Shown piece after piece: positions 30,901-42,198 of a DNA stretch of 64,000 nt; the first letter of the stretch is position 1, and each line of letters begins with the position of its first letter. The stretch is from contig CAXWPH010000011.1 in assembly GCA_963666055.2 (NCBI GenBank), positions 96,001-160,000 on the forward strand, in the 5' to 3' direction. The DNA comes from Acidobacteriota bacterium (GTDB lineage: Bacteria > Acidobacteriota > UBA890 > WLXD01). The notes under the pieces are model-generated. The model made no database searches, was not told where the DNA came from, and saw only the letters and a list, made by a program, of their open reading frames with translations. Both the position numbers and the translations under genes were made by a program.

Positions 30901-32452
30901 TGCCCACCTGAATCCCTTGTGGCTCCTGTAGGACCTTGAATTCGAAGGCGTCCGGTATCGCCCCGCCGCAGGTGAGCGCGGCCAGCCGCGCGCCACGGCG
31001 ACCGCGGATACGGCGGTTCACTGCATCGAGGTGCAAGTACCGCCCGCGCTGTCCACGCCGCGTGCTGAATCCCTCGGCAAGCATGTCGACGGTGCCGTCG
31101 AACTCCTCGCGCGACAGGTTCCGAAACGGGTAGGCGCCTCGGACAAGGTCAAACAACTCATCCTCGGACCACTCTTCGACCGCCGCACAAGCGACGATCT
31201 GCTGCGCCAGAATGTCTAGCGGCTTTTCAGGAACTACCAGCCGATCGAGCTCGCCCCTCCTTGCCGCGTCGATGGCCGCGATGCACTCGATGAGCTCGTC
31301 CCGCGACAACGGAAACAGCCGGCCCTTGGGGATTCCGCCCACATGGTGGCTGGCTCTTCCGACGCGCTGTAACAGCGTATTGATTGCCCGTGGCGAGCCC
31401 ATCTGCACTACCAGGTCAATCGCACCGATGTCGATGCCGAGCTCCAGCGATGCCGTAGCAACCAGCGCCGACAGGCTTCCCTCCTTGAGGCGCATCTCGG
31501 CGTCGAGGCGTTGCTCTACCGACAGGGAGCCGTGATGTGACGTGACCGCGCGCTCGCCGAGCCGCTCGCTCAGCTGCTTGGCGATACGTTCGGCCATGCG
31601 GCGGGTATTGACAAAGATGAGGGTTGTGCGGTGCTCTCCGACAAGCGCGGCCAGACGATCGTAAATCTCCTCCCATACCTCGCCAGCCATAACCGCCTCG
31701 AGAGGCGAACCGGGCATCTCGACCGCAAGATCCATGTCCCGTCGACCGACGGCGTCGATGATCTCGCAGTCGGGGCGACCCTGCGCGTCGAGGTGCCGTT
31801 GCCCGACGAGGAACCGGGCGACCTCATCGATCGGCTTCTGTGTGGCCGACAAGCCGACGCGGAGCAGTGGGCCGGCCACCAGGGCTTCGAGCCGCTCGAG
31901 CGTCAACGCCAGATGCGAGCCGCGCTTGTCGTCGGCAACCGCGTGGATCTCGTCGACGATGACGGTCCGCACCGTCGACAGCATCGCCCGACCGCCGTCT
32001 GAAGTAAGTAGCAAGTAGAGGGATTCCGGCGTGGTGACGAGGATATGCGGCGGGGTCCTGAGCATGCGCTGCCGCTCGGACGACGGCGTATCGCCGCTAC
32101 GTACGGCGGTGCGGATCTCGGCGCTCGACAGGCCGCGCGCCAGCAACTCGCAGGTGATCCCCTCGAGCGGCACCCTGAGGTTCTTGCGCACATCGTTGGA
32201 CAGCGCCTTCAGCGGCGATACGTAGACCACTTGAGTGGCATCGTCGAGACTTCCATCGAGGCCTTGCCGCACCAAATCGTCGATCGCGGCGAGAAACGCG
32301 GCCAGCGTCTTTCCCGACCCGGTCGGGGCTGCGATGAGGGTATGGCGGCCTGACCGAATCGCTGGCCAGCCCCGCACCTGCGGCTCGGTAGGGGTGTCGA
32401 AGGTGCGCTGAAACCAGGCGCCGACGGCGGGGTGAAAGTTCTGCAGCGGCAT
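27932..32452 (-). CDS. lhr: Lhr-family DEAD/DEAH box helicase
   Basis: [43 protein letters not shown]; C-terminal [21 protein letters not shown]; start MPLQNFHP. Confidence 0.92.
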   Translation of the reverse strand: MPLQNFHPAVGAWFQRTFDTPTEPQVRGWPAIRSGRHTLIAAPTGSGKTLAAFLAAIDDLVRQGLDGSLDDATQVVYVSPLKALSNDVRKNLRVPLEGITCELLARGLSSAEIRTAVRSGDTPSSERQRMLRTPPHILVTTPESLYLLLTSDGGRAMLSTVRTVIVDEIHAVADDKRGSHLALTLERLEALVAGPLLRVGLSATQKPIDEVARFLVGQRHLDAQGRPDCEIIDAVGRRDMDLAVEMPGSPLEAVMAGEVWEEIYDRLAALVGEHRTTLIFVNTRRMAERIAKQLSERLGERAVTSHHGSLSVEQRLDAEMRLKEGSLSALVATASLELGIDIGAIDLVVQMGSPRAINTLLQRVGRASHHVGGIPKGRLFPLSRDELIECIAAIDAARRGELDRLVVPEKPLDILAQQIVACAAVEEWSEDELFDLVRGAYPFRNLSREEFDGTVDMLAEGFSTRRGQRGRYLHLDAVNRRIRGRRGARLAALTCGGAIPDAFEFKVLQEPQGIQVGTLDEDFAIESLPGDIFQLGNTSWRILRIETGTVRVEDARGQPPSLPFWLGEAPGRTKELSEAVSRLRAEVDARLGPFVHAPTVDAAVAQESDDLAPTGNRGSALDPSALRAAIEWLRDEVGIGEVAARAATEYLAASRVALASMPTRDNIVMERFFDEAGDMHLVVHSPFGMRVNRAWGLALRKVFCRTFNFELQAAASDDALMLSLGPRHSFPLEEVFHYLQPASVRDKLVQAFLDAPMFPVRWRWNATRSLAVKRWVGGKRLAPTLQRMDAEDLLAVIFPDSLACLENIQGAREIPDHPLVQQTIRDCLHEAMDFDEFKALLAEIVDGKKKLVARDVREPSPLAHEIIAAKPYAFLDDAPLEERRALAIQTRRLADPQSADDLSALDQGALDRVRGEAWPGAESPDELHDALLLHGFISETEGESWSDYFAALVRDKRATTVIVGEPDRPMEDRCRIWIAAERLPQYAALLGPLGDLWEMVPEIVAPARSARREWSPEQALIEIIRGRLQALGPVTVPQIADSLGLDTLRVDAALLGLEAEGFAFRGHFTPGLEATEWCDRRLLSRIHRYTLNRLRAEIEPVRARDFMRFLFAWQRVAPGEQAEGPESLVKLLEQLEGFEVPAAAWESEILPARLLQYDPVWLDTLCLSGRVAWGRLSPPGRGPRVSPRSGPIRSTPIALVTRHNLDLWEALAPGAKPADLELSSAAREAHAALHRDGASFFGDLARATRQLDYQLEDALGELAAWGLVTADSFTGLRALLVPSSRRRPGKGAKRRRRTAIFGMENAGRWSLSRPSSGDLPDGAAARVDARAQGSGVPESGRQLAPNAVEGAAELYLRRYGVVFRRLLTREATAPPWRDLVRVYRRMEARGEIRGGRFVAGFQGEQFALPEAVGRLRKIRRQDDEALISLSGADPLNLVGIVTPGSRVAAIADNRVLYRAGIPIAVREAGEVRFLVDEEPDVRWQLQRALVRRSVPPQLRAYLGRPA

Positions 32453-32608
32453 GAGCGAAGTATATGCTTTGGGCCGCCGTGCCCCGCTGGCGGCGCGCCG
32501 GGCAATACGGCCGGACCGCGGCAGATTGCGGCCGTGCGCCATTGGCGCCGTTGGCTACGACCGGGACGCGCGACGACTACACGCGATTCACTCGTTTGGG
32601 AGCCGACC

Positions 32609-34246
32609 ATGCGCGGTCTGATGATGGACTATCAGCTAACGCTACCGATTCTCCTCGACCGCGCCGAGAGCCTCTATGCGCGTCGCGAAATCGTCTCGCG
32701 CAGGCCGGACAAGTCAATCCACCGCTACACCGTCGGCGACTTCGCGCACCGGGCGCGACAACTCGCCGTGGCACTCCGGGAGCTTGGCATCGGCAAGGGC
32801 GACCGCGTCGGCACCCTGGCGTGGAATCACTACCAACACTTGGAGGCATATCTCGGGGTGCCGGCAATGGGTGCTGTCCTCCACACGTTGAACCTCCGGC
32901 TACACCCGGACGACCTCACCTACATCATCAACCACGCCGACGACCGGCTGATTCTCGCTGACGCCACCCTACTACCACTGCTCGAGAAGGTAATAGACCG
33001 GATCGATGTGGAGCGCATCGTGGTGATGTCACAGCTACCCGAAGGGGCCGCCGCCCCCCAGCTACCGGACGGCATGCTCGACTACGAGGCGCTGATCGCC
33101 GAGGCGAACCCGGACGACTACCGCGTCGCCGACCTGGACGAGAACGACGCGGCGGCCATGTGCTACACGTCAGGCACCACGGGGTTACCGAAGGGGGTGG
33201 TGTATTCCCATCGGTCGATGATCCTGCATGCCATGGCGCTGGGCCTGGCCGACATGTTCGGCATCAACGAGCGCAGCGTCATGCTGCCTGTGGTTCCGAT
33301 GTTCCACGTCAACGCCTGGGGCACGCCGTACGTCTGCTTGATGCTCGGCGCCAAGCAAGTGTTCCCGGGCCCTCATCTCGATCCGGAGAGCCTGTGCGAG
33401 CTGTTCGCCAGCGAGCAGGTAACCATCACTGCCGGTGTCCCGACGATCTGGATGGGGATCCTCGAACATCTCGACGCCGAGCCCGATCGTTATGACCTCA
33501 GTGCTCTGGATCTGATGATCGTGGGCGGCGCCGCCGCTCCGCCTGCCATGATCCAGGCGCTCGAAGAGCGCCACGACCTACAGGTGGTACACGCCTGGGG
33601 CATGACCGAGACATCTCCCCTGGGAACGATCTGTAAGATCGGGCCCGCCAACGATCAACTCGACCCCGATGAGCGCCTGGCGCTGCGCGCCAAGCAGGGA
33701 CGCATGTCCCCGCTGGTTGAGCTGCGCGCTCGTGGCGACGACAGACTGGTGCCCTGGGACGGGGCCACCATGGGAGAGCTCGAGATCCGCGGCCCGTGGG
33801 TCGCCAGCGCCTACTACGAAAGCGATCAGGGCAGCGAAAGCTTTACCGATGACGGTTGGTTTCGGACCGGGGACATCGTGAGCATCGATGAGCAAGGCTA
33901 CGTGCGCATCGAGGACCGATCGAAGGACCTCATCAAGTCGGGCGGCGAGTGGATCAGCTCGATCGCGCTCGAGAACGCCCTCATGGGCCACCCGAGCATC
34001 GCCGAGGCGGCGGTGATCCCAGTGGCACACCCGAAGTGGAGCGAGCGTCCGCTGGCGGTGGTGGTGCTGGTAGACGGACAGACGATGTCGCTCGAACAGA
34101 TGCGCGACTACCTACGCCCGCACTTCGCCAGCTGGTGGCTTCCGGACGCAATAGAGATCACCGACACCATTCCGCGAACCTCCACCGGCAAGTTCAAGAA
34201 GTTGATCTTGCGCGAGACCTACAAAGACTACGTGTTCGACTCATGA
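32609..34246 (+). CDS. Fatty acid--CoA ligase (AlkK/DmdB-like)
   Basis: [60 protein letters not shown]. Confidence 0.92.
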   Translation: MRGLMMDYQLTLPILLDRAESLYARREIVSRRPDKSIHRYTVGDFAHRARQLAVALRELGIGKGDRVGTLAWNHYQHLEAYLGVPAMGAVLHTLNLRLHPDDLTYIINHADDRLILADATLLPLLEKVIDRIDVERIVVMSQLPEGAAAPQLPDGMLDYEALIAEANPDDYRVADLDENDAAAMCYTSGTTGLPKGVVYSHRSMILHAMALGLADMFGINERSVMLPVVPMFHVNAWGTPYVCLMLGAKQVFPGPHLDPESLCELFASEQVTITAGVPTIWMGILEHLDAEPDRYDLSALDLMIVGGAAAPPAMIQALEERHDLQVVHAWGMTETSPLGTICKIGPANDQLDPDERLALRAKQGRMSPLVELRARGDDRLVPWDGATMGELEIRGPWVASAYYESDQGSESFTDDGWFRTGDIVSIDEQGYVRIEDRSKDLIKSGGEWISSIALENALMGHPSIAEAAVIPVAHPKWSERPLAVVVLVDGQTMSLEQMRDYLRPHFASWWLPDAIEITDTIPRTSTGKFKKLILRETYKDYVFDS

Positions 34247-35178
34247 GACCGATCGCCCCGGGGACGCATCTGATCGACTTGCGCTTTCGCGACAACCCCG
34301 AGTACCTCGGCTGCTACGTCATCGAGACCAGCGACGGCGTCGCGCTGGTGGATCCTGGCCCCACCTCGACGCTGGCGGCCCTCGAAGAGGGTCTGCGGCT
34401 CGGAGGCCTGTCGATCGACAATGTCAGCACGATTCTCCTCACCCACATCCACCTGGACCATGCCGGAGCCACCGGCACGCTGGTAGCTCGCAACCCGTCG
34501 ATCCGCGTTTACGTGCATCGCCGTGGGGCCCGACACATGATCGACCCGACGCGGCTACTGGCCAGCGCCGAGCGCGTCTACGGAGACATGATGGACGAGC
34601 TATGGGGCGAGTTCGTGGGAGTCGCAGAAGCCAATGTCGAATCGCTCGACGGTGGCGAGATCATCGACATCGGCGCTCGGAAGATCGTCGTAGAGCACAC
34701 GCCAGGCCACGCCAAGCATCACGTCGGCTACTTCGACCCGAGCACGGGCCTGGCCTATGTTGGCGACACGCTCGGCATCCGTATCGACAACCGTCCCTAC
34801 GTCATGCCGGCCACGCCCCCTGCGGACGTCGACCTTGCTGGATGGGAGGAATCCACGGCCAAGATCCGCGCCTGGAATCCTACTCTCCTGTGCCTCACCC
34901 ATTTCGGTCCCGCCCGCCCGGTGGCGCCGCACATTGACGAGCACGCGCGGCGGCTGGCCGACTGGGCGGCGATCGTGCGCGCCGATCTGCAGAGCGACAC
35001 CGATGACGACGAGGGGCACGTGGAACGTTTTCGTCGGCGCGTACGAAATGATCTCGAGGCGGCCCTGGCGGGCGACGTCGATGTGTATCTGAACGAAGGC
35101 GGGGCCGGCGACTCGTGGAGAGGGCTGGCGCGCTACTTCCGCAAGCTGGCAGAGGAGACACCAGGAGCCACAGGGTGA
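34243..35178 (+). CDS. Metallo-beta-lactamase fold hydrolase
   Basis: THIHLDHAG, TPGHAKHH, GD, THFG; ATGA overlap. Confidence 0.9.
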   Translation: MRPIAPGTHLIDLRFRDNPEYLGCYVIETSDGVALVDPGPTSTLAALEEGLRLGGLSIDNVSTILLTHIHLDHAGATGTLVARNPSIRVYVHRRGARHMIDPTRLLASAERVYGDMMDELWGEFVGVAEANVESLDGGEIIDIGARKIVVEHTPGHAKHHVGYFDPSTGLAYVGDTLGIRIDNRPYVMPATPPADVDLAGWEESTAKIRAWNPTLLCLTHFGPARPVAPHIDEHARRLADWAAIVRADLQSDTDDDEGHVERFRRRVRNDLEAALAGDVDVYLNEGGAGDSWRGLARYFRKLAEETPGATG

Positions 35179-36455
35179 TCGCCCCTGAGACCCCGGTAAA
35201 CGACCGCGACCGGCTGCAAGCGCTCTGGGCGCTGGAGATCCTCGACACGCCGGCCGAAGAGCGCTACGACCGCATTGTCAGGATTGCCGGCCTGACACTG
35301 GAGACACCCATCGTGTACCTCTCGTTCGTCGACGAGAACCGTCAGTGGCTGAAGGCGAACGTCGGCATGCCGCTTCGCGAAACCGACCGCAAGATCTCCT
35401 TCTGCGGCCATACCATCCTGGAAGATCGACCGCTGGTGATTCCCGACACCGCCCAGGATCCGCGGTTCCACGACAACCCGATGGTTACGGGCGACCCGTT
35501 TATCCGCTTCTACGCCGGCGTACCGTTGCGTAGCGTCGATGGACACAAGGTAGGCACGCTTTGTGTCGCCGACAACAAGCCGCGGAGCATGACCGACGCG
35601 TCGCTCGAGTTATTGGCGGAGTTCGCGGCGCTCGTAGAGCGTGAGCTGCAGCTAGTCGACGTGATCGACGCACAGCAACGTCTGCTCGAGATCCAGACGG
35701 CCTTGGCCGAGACTCGAAAGCACATGGCGGAGGAGCTCGCCAAGGCCGCCGGCTATGTGCGTGGACTACTGCCGAAGCCGCTAGAGAATCCCATCGGGAT
35801 CGACTGGCGACACCTCCCGTCGGCGCAGCTCGGCGGCGACATCTTCGACTACTTCCCGCTCGACGCCAGCCGCACGGCTATCTATCTGCTCGACGTGGCC
35901 GGGCACGGCGTCGGATCGGCGCTGCTGTCGGTCTCGCTGATGAACGTGGTGCGGTCTCGATCACTGCCCGGAGTGGACTTCTCGAAACCCGACGAGGTGC
36001 TGGCCGGATTGAACCGCGAGTTTCGCATGGCGGAACACGACAACAAGTTCTTCACCATGTGGTACGGCGTGTACGAGGAGGGAACGCGAAGCCTCACGCA
36101 TGCAAACGGCGGCCACCCGCCGCCGGTGTTGATCTACGATCGAGTCGACGGTCGCAACACATCGAAGCTCGAGGGCTCCGGCCTTATTGTGGGGGCGCTA
36201 CCGGAGGCGAGTTACGAGGCCTGCGTGCTGTCGATCCAGGAACCCTGCGCCCTGTACGTGTTCAGCGACGGCGTTTACGAGATCTTCCCACCCGGCGATG
36301 AAGACGCCGAGCACATGCTCGGCTACGACGGCTTCGCCGAGATCCTCACATCAGCGGACGGCGATCTCGATGCCGTCATCGAGCGGCTGCGCGAGTACGC
36401 CGGCGGCACATTCGACGACGACGTGTCGCTAATGCGACTGCGACTGGGCTCGTAA
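35175..36455 (+). CDS. GAF-domain SpoIIE/RsbU-type phosphatase
   Basis: LEILDTPAEERYD, SFCGHTI, IRFYAGVPL; LGGDIFD, DVAGHG, FSDG, DDVS; GTGA overlap. Confidence 0.9.
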   Translation: MIAPETPVNDRDRLQALWALEILDTPAEERYDRIVRIAGLTLETPIVYLSFVDENRQWLKANVGMPLRETDRKISFCGHTILEDRPLVIPDTAQDPRFHDNPMVTGDPFIRFYAGVPLRSVDGHKVGTLCVADNKPRSMTDASLELLAEFAALVERELQLVDVIDAQQRLLEIQTALAETRKHMAEELAKAAGYVRGLLPKPLENPIGIDWRHLPSAQLGGDIFDYFPLDASRTAIYLLDVAGHGVGSALLSVSLMNVVRSRSLPGVDFSKPDEVLAGLNREFRMAEHDNKFFTMWYGVYEEGTRSLTHANGGHPPPVLIYDRVDGRNTSKLEGSGLIVGALPEASYEACVLSIQEPCALYVFSDGVYEIFPPGDEDAEHMLGYDGFAEILTSADGDLDAVIERLREYAGGTFDDDVSLMRLRLGS

Positions 36456-36495
36456 GGCCCTGTCGCCCGGCCCGCCACACTTTCACCACGGCCTG

Positions 36496-37968
36496 CTAGG
36501 TGACGCCCACCGTCAGCTTGCGGATCGGGATCGCGAACATGAAGAACAGCGCGCCCGTAGCGATCACGATCATCGCTACCGTGCTGAACAACTCCGCCAC
36601 CGGTAGCGTATCGATGTAGCCAGCGGCGAGGCCGGCGATCAGGTTGCCCAGTGCTGCGCCCATGAACCAGAGGCCCATCATCTGGCCCTGCAGCCGTTGC
36701 GGCGAGAGCTTCGTGGTGGCACTCAGCCCTACTGGGCTCAGGCACAGCTCGCCAACCGTGTGAAAGAAGTAGGTAACCACCAACCACATCGGGCTTACTT
36801 TACCCGCAACTGCGAACTGCGCCCCCCAGGCCAGCACCAGAAAGCCCACGCCCAGCAGCACGAGGCCGAGGCCGAACTTGATCGGTATCGAAGGGTTGCG
36901 TGAGCCCAGACGCACCCATAGCGCACCGACTACCGGTGCCAGCAGGATGATGAACGTCGGGTTGATGTTCTGCAGCATCGAAGCGGGTATCTCCCAACCG
37001 AAGATCACTCGGTCGGTGAAGTCGCGCGCGAACAGGTTGAGCGACGAGCCAGCCTGCTCGAATCCCGACCAGAACATCGCCGCGCCGACAAACAGAATGA
37101 AGATGGCGAAGACGCGCTTGCGCTCGGTGACGCCGCGGCACACGAACCCGATCACCCCGGCGAAGTAGGCAATCGACACCGCTGTGATGAGGACCCCGGT
37201 AACCTGCGCGAACCCCACCAAGGTAAGCGCTATCAGACCGCCGGCGCTCAACAGGAAGATGGCCACGGTCAGCGCCGCTACCAGGCCCAACCCGGTCAAG
37301 AACTGTCGCACCGAGGCGGCATGCACCTCCTGCGGTCGCGCCGCTTCCGGTAACTCACCGCAGCCCAACAGGTGTTGCTTGCCAGCGACGTACTGAATGA
37401 TCCCGAAAGTCATACCGATGCCGGCAGCCCCGAACCCCAGGTGCCAGTTATAACCCTCGCCCAGGAAAGAGCAGATCGTCGGTCCCAGAACCGCGCCGAT
37501 GTTGATTCCCATATAGAAGACCGAGAATCCCGCGTCGCGCCGGGCTCCACCTTCGGGATACAGGTCGCCGACGATCGCCGACACGTTGGGCTTCAGCAGG
37601 CCGGTGCCGACGACGATCAAGCAGAGCCCGAGATAGAAGGTAGAGGTCGACGGAATCGCCATCGAAAAGTGGCCGAGCGCGATGATGATGCCGCCGTACA
37701 ATACTGCTACTCGCTGACCGATCAGCCGGTCGGCGATCCAGCCGCCAGGAAGCGCCAGCGCATACACACCGAACACATACAGCCCGTAGATCGCCGCCGC
37801 CGTCGGCGTATCGAGCCCAAAGCCGCCTCGAACACTGTCGGTTAAATACAGGATCAGCAGCCCCCGCATGCCGTAGAAGCTGAACCGCTCCCACATCTCG
37901 GTGAAGAAGAGTGTGGACAGTCCTCGGGGATGCCCGAAAAACGTCGCTCCGGCAGCTTCAGAGCTCAA
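36496..37968 (-). CDS. POT/PTR family proton-dependent oligopeptide transporter
   Basis: FGHPRGL, EMWERFSFYGMR, GLLKPN, FYMGINIG, ELCLSPVGLS. Confidence 0.94.
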   Translation of the reverse strand: MSSEAAGATFFGHPRGLSTLFFTEMWERFSFYGMRGLLILYLTDSVRGGFGLDTPTAAAIYGLYVFGVYALALPGGWIADRLIGQRVAVLYGGIIIALGHFSMAIPSTSTFYLGLCLIVVGTGLLKPNVSAIVGDLYPEGGARRDAGFSVFYMGINIGAVLGPTICSFLGEGYNWHLGFGAAGIGMTFGIIQYVAGKQHLLGCGELPEAARPQEVHAASVRQFLTGLGLVAALTVAIFLLSAGGLIALTLVGFAQVTGVLITAVSIAYFAGVIGFVCRGVTERKRVFAIFILFVGAAMFWSGFEQAGSSLNLFARDFTDRVIFGWEIPASMLQNINPTFIILLAPVVGALWVRLGSRNPSIPIKFGLGLVLLGVGFLVLAWGAQFAVAGKVSPMWLVVTYFFHTVGELCLSPVGLSATTKLSPQRLQGQMMGLWFMGAALGNLIAGLAAGYIDTLPVAELFSTVAMIVIATGALFFMFAIPIRKLTVGVT

Positions 37969-38096
37969 ACTGACCTCCGATCGTCATCCCAGACATGAGT
38001 GTCCAAACGCAACCCGCCACCGGCGGCGGCCGACTCCATCACGAACAACCCGATCGGCCCGAGAGCCTATCACCCCAGCTTCACGGCGTGCCTGAA

Positions 38097-39166
38097 TCAA
38101 TCGCGGCCGCTAGGAAGATCGGTGCTGCTTCGCCGCTCCCGCATGGTCTTCTCGATGTCGATTCCGGTCGCGGTCTTGAGCTGCTCCAGCATAGCCACGG
38201 CACTGCCTGTGAGGTTGTTGACGAAGCTCGGGATCCCCTTGCCGTCGCCGCTGTCGACTATCGTCAACTTGTCGATCGTTAGGTTGTCGGCGATCACCCG
38301 GGTGACCTTGTCGAGTAGCTCCGGCAGCAGCTGGATCAGGAACAGATCGTGGGTCTCCCCGTCCTGCCACTGCTCCCGCATCAACTCGACTGCTCCGGCT
38401 GTGGCCCGCCCGTCTTCCAGAATCCTCGCCGCGTGCCCCTCGGCCTCGAGCATGAGCGCCTGCTGTCGCGCCCGGGCGGGCACGACGGTGTCGGCCTCCT
38501 CTCGCTTGGCACTGACCTCGGCACGCGTGCCCTGGAGCTCGACCTCCTGCTGGGCTCTGGCGATGATCCCAGCGAGCTCGGCGTACTGCTCTGCCCGGTT
38601 CGACTCGGCTTTGAGCTCGGCGCGCCGGACGGCGAGGACGTTCGCCGACTCCACAACCGCAAGCTCGGCCTCGATCTCGGCCTGCCGGCCGACACGCCCC
38701 TGCTGTGCAGCGACGCTGCGAGCTTCCGCCTCGGCCTGCGCTTCAGCAATCTTCGCATCTCGATCGACCTCCGCGACCTTCTTGCGACCGATGGCCTCGA
38801 GGTAACCCTGCTCGTCGTAGACGCTCTCGATCTGAAAAATATCGAGAACGATGCCGAGCTGACTCAGATCTGCCCGAGCCCGCTCGGTTACCTGTTCGGC
38901 AAGCTGCAGCCGCTGGGCGTTGGCTTCTTCCGGGCTGACCGTCGCGAGTACGCCGCGGAGGGCGCCCTCGAGGGTCTGCTGGGCCGTCCGCGCTACCGCA
39001 TCGAAGCCTTTGCCCAGGAAACGTTCCACTGCGGCCTCGAGCCCTTCCTCCTCGCGACCTGCGAGCTTGATGTTGGCGTGGGCCTCGATACTGACCGGAA
39101 TCATGCCGGCGCACATCGCCTTTGCCAAGCGCAGCTGGACCGGATGGCTGGTCAGCGAAAGCCACC
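38097..39166 (-). pseudogene. Flotillin/SPFH protein lacking its N-terminus
   Basis: AVERFLGK, QTLEGALRGVLA, GYLEAIGR, EA-rich coiled coil, IDKLTIVD, TGIDI; no start codon or N-terminal TM upstream of RWLSLT. Confidence 0.8.
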
Positions 39167-39368
39167 GTATGTGAGGTACATCAGGTCGGGGTCGCTCGGG
39201 TCGTACGTCACCCAGGTCGCCCACGCCTTGCTGGGCCGTCGCCGGGGCCAGAAGGTGCCGGCCTCAGCCACAAGCGCGTCCTCGGTGATGTGAACGAAGC
39301 CCTTCTCCGTCGCCACCGCGACGCGACGCGAATCGGATGGCGCCACCGCGATTGCGCTGGCCCTGCCG
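39152..39368 (-). pseudogene. Fragment of a beta-propeller (BNR/VPS10-like) protein
   Basis: IAVAPSDSRRVAVATEKG...WVTYDPSDPDLMYLTYGGF; cut by the MITE on one side and the flotillin junction on the other. Confidence 0.5.
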
Positions 39369-39369
39369 C

Positions 39370-39500
39370 GGTACTGTCAAGTTAAGCTGATTCTTGCCCG
39401 CTTAGGCGCCTCGCCCAGACCGCAAACGCCCGAATACCAGGGGTTTCCTGTCCTACGGGTCACGCGTTTCTTGCCGATTTCGAGTTAACTTGACAGTACC
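39370..39500. mobile_element. 131-bp IS6-family MITE
   Basis: Perfect 16-bp TIRs ggtactgtcaagttaa / ttaacttgacagtacc; 14/16 identical to the IS6 end at 56311; no target duplication. Confidence 0.85.
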
Positions 39501-39503
39501 ACG

Positions 39504-41729
39504 TCAAGGCGTAGCGATGGCAACAATGTGTTCCTGCATGCGGAAGATCATCATGCCGTGGGCAATCGCCGGGGTTGCCATGATCGGCTCACCCATCTGA
39601 TTGACGGCCAGCCGTTCGAACTCCGGACCGGCCTTGACGACGATCACTTCGCCGTCCTCGTTCGCGAAGTAGATCTTGCCGTCAGCGGCGACCGGCGACG
39701 CGGAGTAGTTGCGGCCCCGGGTGATCCGCGATTGATAGATTCGCTCTCCCGTCTCCGCCTGGTACGCGGCGAGGATGCCACCGGAGCGAAGGACATACAG
39801 GAGGTCTCCATAGACGATTGGCGTCGGGATGACGGCGCCCCCGCGCCGCTTGCTCCAGGCGACTGAATCGTTGGAGATCTCGTTGTCCGCCAGCGTGATA
39901 TCGCCGCTCGCCCCGGGACGGATGGCGTAGATGGGCTCTACCGTGCCGTAGCCACTCGTCACGAAGATCAGACCGTTTCCGGCAATCGGCGTGGGCGTCG
40001 GAAAGTCGCCGTGTAACCCCAGCCTCCAGAGCTCCTGCCCGGTTTCGGGATCGTAGCCGCGCGCGTACCTGATCGCCGCGGTGACCAGCTCGACGCGTGT
40101 GGCGCCCTCATAGACGAAGGGCGTAGGCCAGGACGGGTACTCATCACGTTCGGTGCGCCAGACCTCCTCGCCCGTCGAGACGTCGAGCGCCAAGAGATAC
40201 GCCTCGTCGATCCCGTCCGCCTGCAGGACGACCAGGTTCTTGTAGATGATCGGCGAGCTCGCCGTGTTCCACTCGTATCCCGGATCAAAATAGCGACCCG
40301 ATGGGAGCGCTCCGAGGTCCTTGGACCACAGCAGGTTGCCGTCGACGTCATAGCAGTAGACCCCTTCGGACCCGAACCACGCCACGACGTGCGTGCCATC
40401 CGTGGCCGGCGTCTGATTGGCATGTGATGCCATGACGTGGCGCGCCGTTCGCGGCACCGCCTCGCGAGCCACCCGCTCCCAGAGAACCTCACCACTGTCC
40501 CGGTCGAGCGCCACCACGCGCCAGGAATACGTTACGTCTTCCTTGACGTAGGCCAGGACCCCCGAACGCACGACCTCCGAGAAATCGCGGAAGGTCGCCG
40601 CGACGCCCTCGCTAGGGACGGCGGTGGTGACGAAGATTCGATCGCCCCACACGATGGGGCTCGAATGGCCGAGTCCGGGAATCGGCGTTTTCCAGGCAAC
40701 GTTGACCCCCTGCTCCACGTCCCACTCGGTCGGCGGGTTGGTGCCATCGGCGACGCCCGAACCGCCTGGACCACGAAACGAGGACCACTCCCGGGCGCCA
40801 TACACCGGCGCCGCGGCATGCGGGCTACTCTTGGCGCGGTCGCCAATCGGCGCGGTTCTCTGCCGTTCCGTGACCGGAGCAGTCCAGAGGAAGACCTCGG
40901 AGCTGTTTCCTTCCGATACAACCAGCTCGGATGGCGGTAAGGTCGTTCCCCGCAGCTCGGCGACCGCCGTTCGGTCAAGCGACCGCAGGATGGTCAGAGT
41001 GGCAGGCACGAGCATCAAATCGCCACGATCGGCGCGTTCGAGGATGAGCTCGCCGGCCTCGACGCCCCGCCGGAGCGTCACCGTCGCTCCGCTCTGAGCC
41101 CGATAGACACCCTCGAGTTGCTCCAATCTCTCTGCTGTATTGAAACGATCCACCGCTGTCGGCTCTTCCGCACCCTCCGCGATGAGGAACGCGGCGAGCT
41201 CGGCGTGCTGTCCCTGCTGCGCTGCGCCGAGTGCGGCGTTCAGATACGACGGGTGCGCGCCGCCTCGCGCGACGATCGTTCGCACCGCGTCGAAGTAGCC
41301 CCCCCAGATGAGCTGAACGAGCGCCTCGCCTTCGGTGCCACCCCCGTGGTCGAGCAGCAACCTGACGATCTCCGCCCTGGCCTCGGGCGCCGCGACGTCG
41401 GTGTTGGAGCCGGCGGCCAGCTGAAGCGGGGTCTTGCCCCATGGCGATCGGCCTCGTGACGTCGGGTTCGAGTCCGGATGGGCACCGTTCTCGAGCAGCA
41501 GCCGCACGAGGTCGTCTCGACCCCAATCTGCGGCGCTGTAGAGCGCAGTAACACCGAAGCCATTGTCAGCGTTGATGTTCGCGCCCCGATCAAGGAGAAC
41601 CTCGACTTTGGCCAGGTCACCCGCCGCCGCCGCCGCCACGAGCTGCTTGTCTAGATCCGCAGCTTGCGGCGCCGCCTGCGCACAGAGCAGCGGAAACACC
41701 AGCGCAAACAACCACCACCGGTATCGCAT
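39504..41729 (-). CDS. Secreted ankyrin-repeat plus PQQ-binding-like beta-propeller protein
   Basis: GANINADNGFGVTALYSAA, GKTPLQLAA; WSSFRGP, GHSSPIVWGDRIFVT, SASPVAADGKIY. Confidence 0.88.
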   Translation of the reverse strand: MRYRWWLFALVFPLLCAQAAPQAADLDKQLVAAAAAGDLAKVEVLLDRGANINADNGFGVTALYSAADWGRDDLVRLLLENGAHPDSNPTSRGRSPWGKTPLQLAAGSNTDVAAPEARAEIVRLLLDHGGGTEGEALVQLIWGGYFDAVRTIVARGGAHPSYLNAALGAAQQGQHAELAAFLIAEGAEEPTAVDRFNTAERLEQLEGVYRAQSGATVTLRRGVEAGELILERADRGDLMLVPATLTILRSLDRTAVAELRGTTLPPSELVVSEGNSSEVFLWTAPVTERQRTAPIGDRAKSSPHAAAPVYGAREWSSFRGPGGSGVADGTNPPTEWDVEQGVNVAWKTPIPGLGHSSPIVWGDRIFVTTAVPSEGVAATFRDFSEVVRSGVLAYVKEDVTYSWRVVALDRDSGEVLWERVAREAVPRTARHVMASHANQTPATDGTHVVAWFGSEGVYCYDVDGNLLWSKDLGALPSGRYFDPGYEWNTASSPIIYKNLVVLQADGIDEAYLLALDVSTGEEVWRTERDEYPSWPTPFVYEGATRVELVTAAIRYARGYDPETGQELWRLGLHGDFPTPTPIAGNGLIFVTSGYGTVEPIYAIRPGASGDITLADNEISNDSVAWSKRRGGAVIPTPIVYGDLLYVLRSGGILAAYQAETGERIYQSRITRGRNYSASPVAADGKIYFANEDGEVIVVKAGPEFERLAVNQMGEPIMATPAIAHGMMIFRMQEHIVAIATP

Positions 41730-41745
41730 TGTGCAAGCGGACCGA

Positions 41746-42198
41746 TTAGCGCCCACCAACGGCGTGGTATTCGATCCACAACTCCGCGATCTTGCCGTTC
41801 TCTATCCGTAAGAGATCGAGGCCTACGAAAACGGATGTGTCTCCCTCGGCCGAGACGGCGGTCATCTTCCAGCGAAACGCCACCAGGTTTCCCTCTGCCA
41901 TGGAGTTGGCGTGGTCAAACGTCATGCCACCGGGGAAGAACTCGGCGTCGCTGACGGCGATCTCCCTCGCGCCTTCAGGGCCGACGAACTCACGGGGCCC
42001 GTTGTGGATCTTGGCATCTGCGGCGAACAGTTCCTCGACTAGGTCCAGGTTCTGTCCCTGGATGACCTCCTTGTGGAACCGGTCGGCGAGCACCTTGTTG
42101 CGCTCCAGGGCCGAGTGGCCCTGGGCGGCGGCAGTCGCTGCCTGCATCGCGACGCCGAGCAACACCAAGGACACGACGAGAAAGAACGCTCTCTTCAT
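41746..42198 (-). CDS. Secreted SnoaL-like (NTF2 fold) protein
   Basis: Signal peptide; ERNKVLA..F, AEGNLVAFRW, RIENGKIAELW. Confidence 0.8.
   Translation of the reverse strand: MKRAFFLVVSLVLLGVAMQAATAAAQGHSALERNKVLADRFHKEVIQGQNLDLVEELFAADAKIHNGPREFVGPEGAREIAVSDAEFFPGGMTFDHANSMAEGNLVAFRWKMTAVSAEGDTSVFVGLDLLRIENGKIAELWIEYHAVGGR

Noticed and set aside
26862-32452. S1/P1 nuclease plus Lhr helicase as a defence system
   Set aside because: Convergent orientation, the nuclease is secreted, and Lhr looks like the ordinary housekeeping type.
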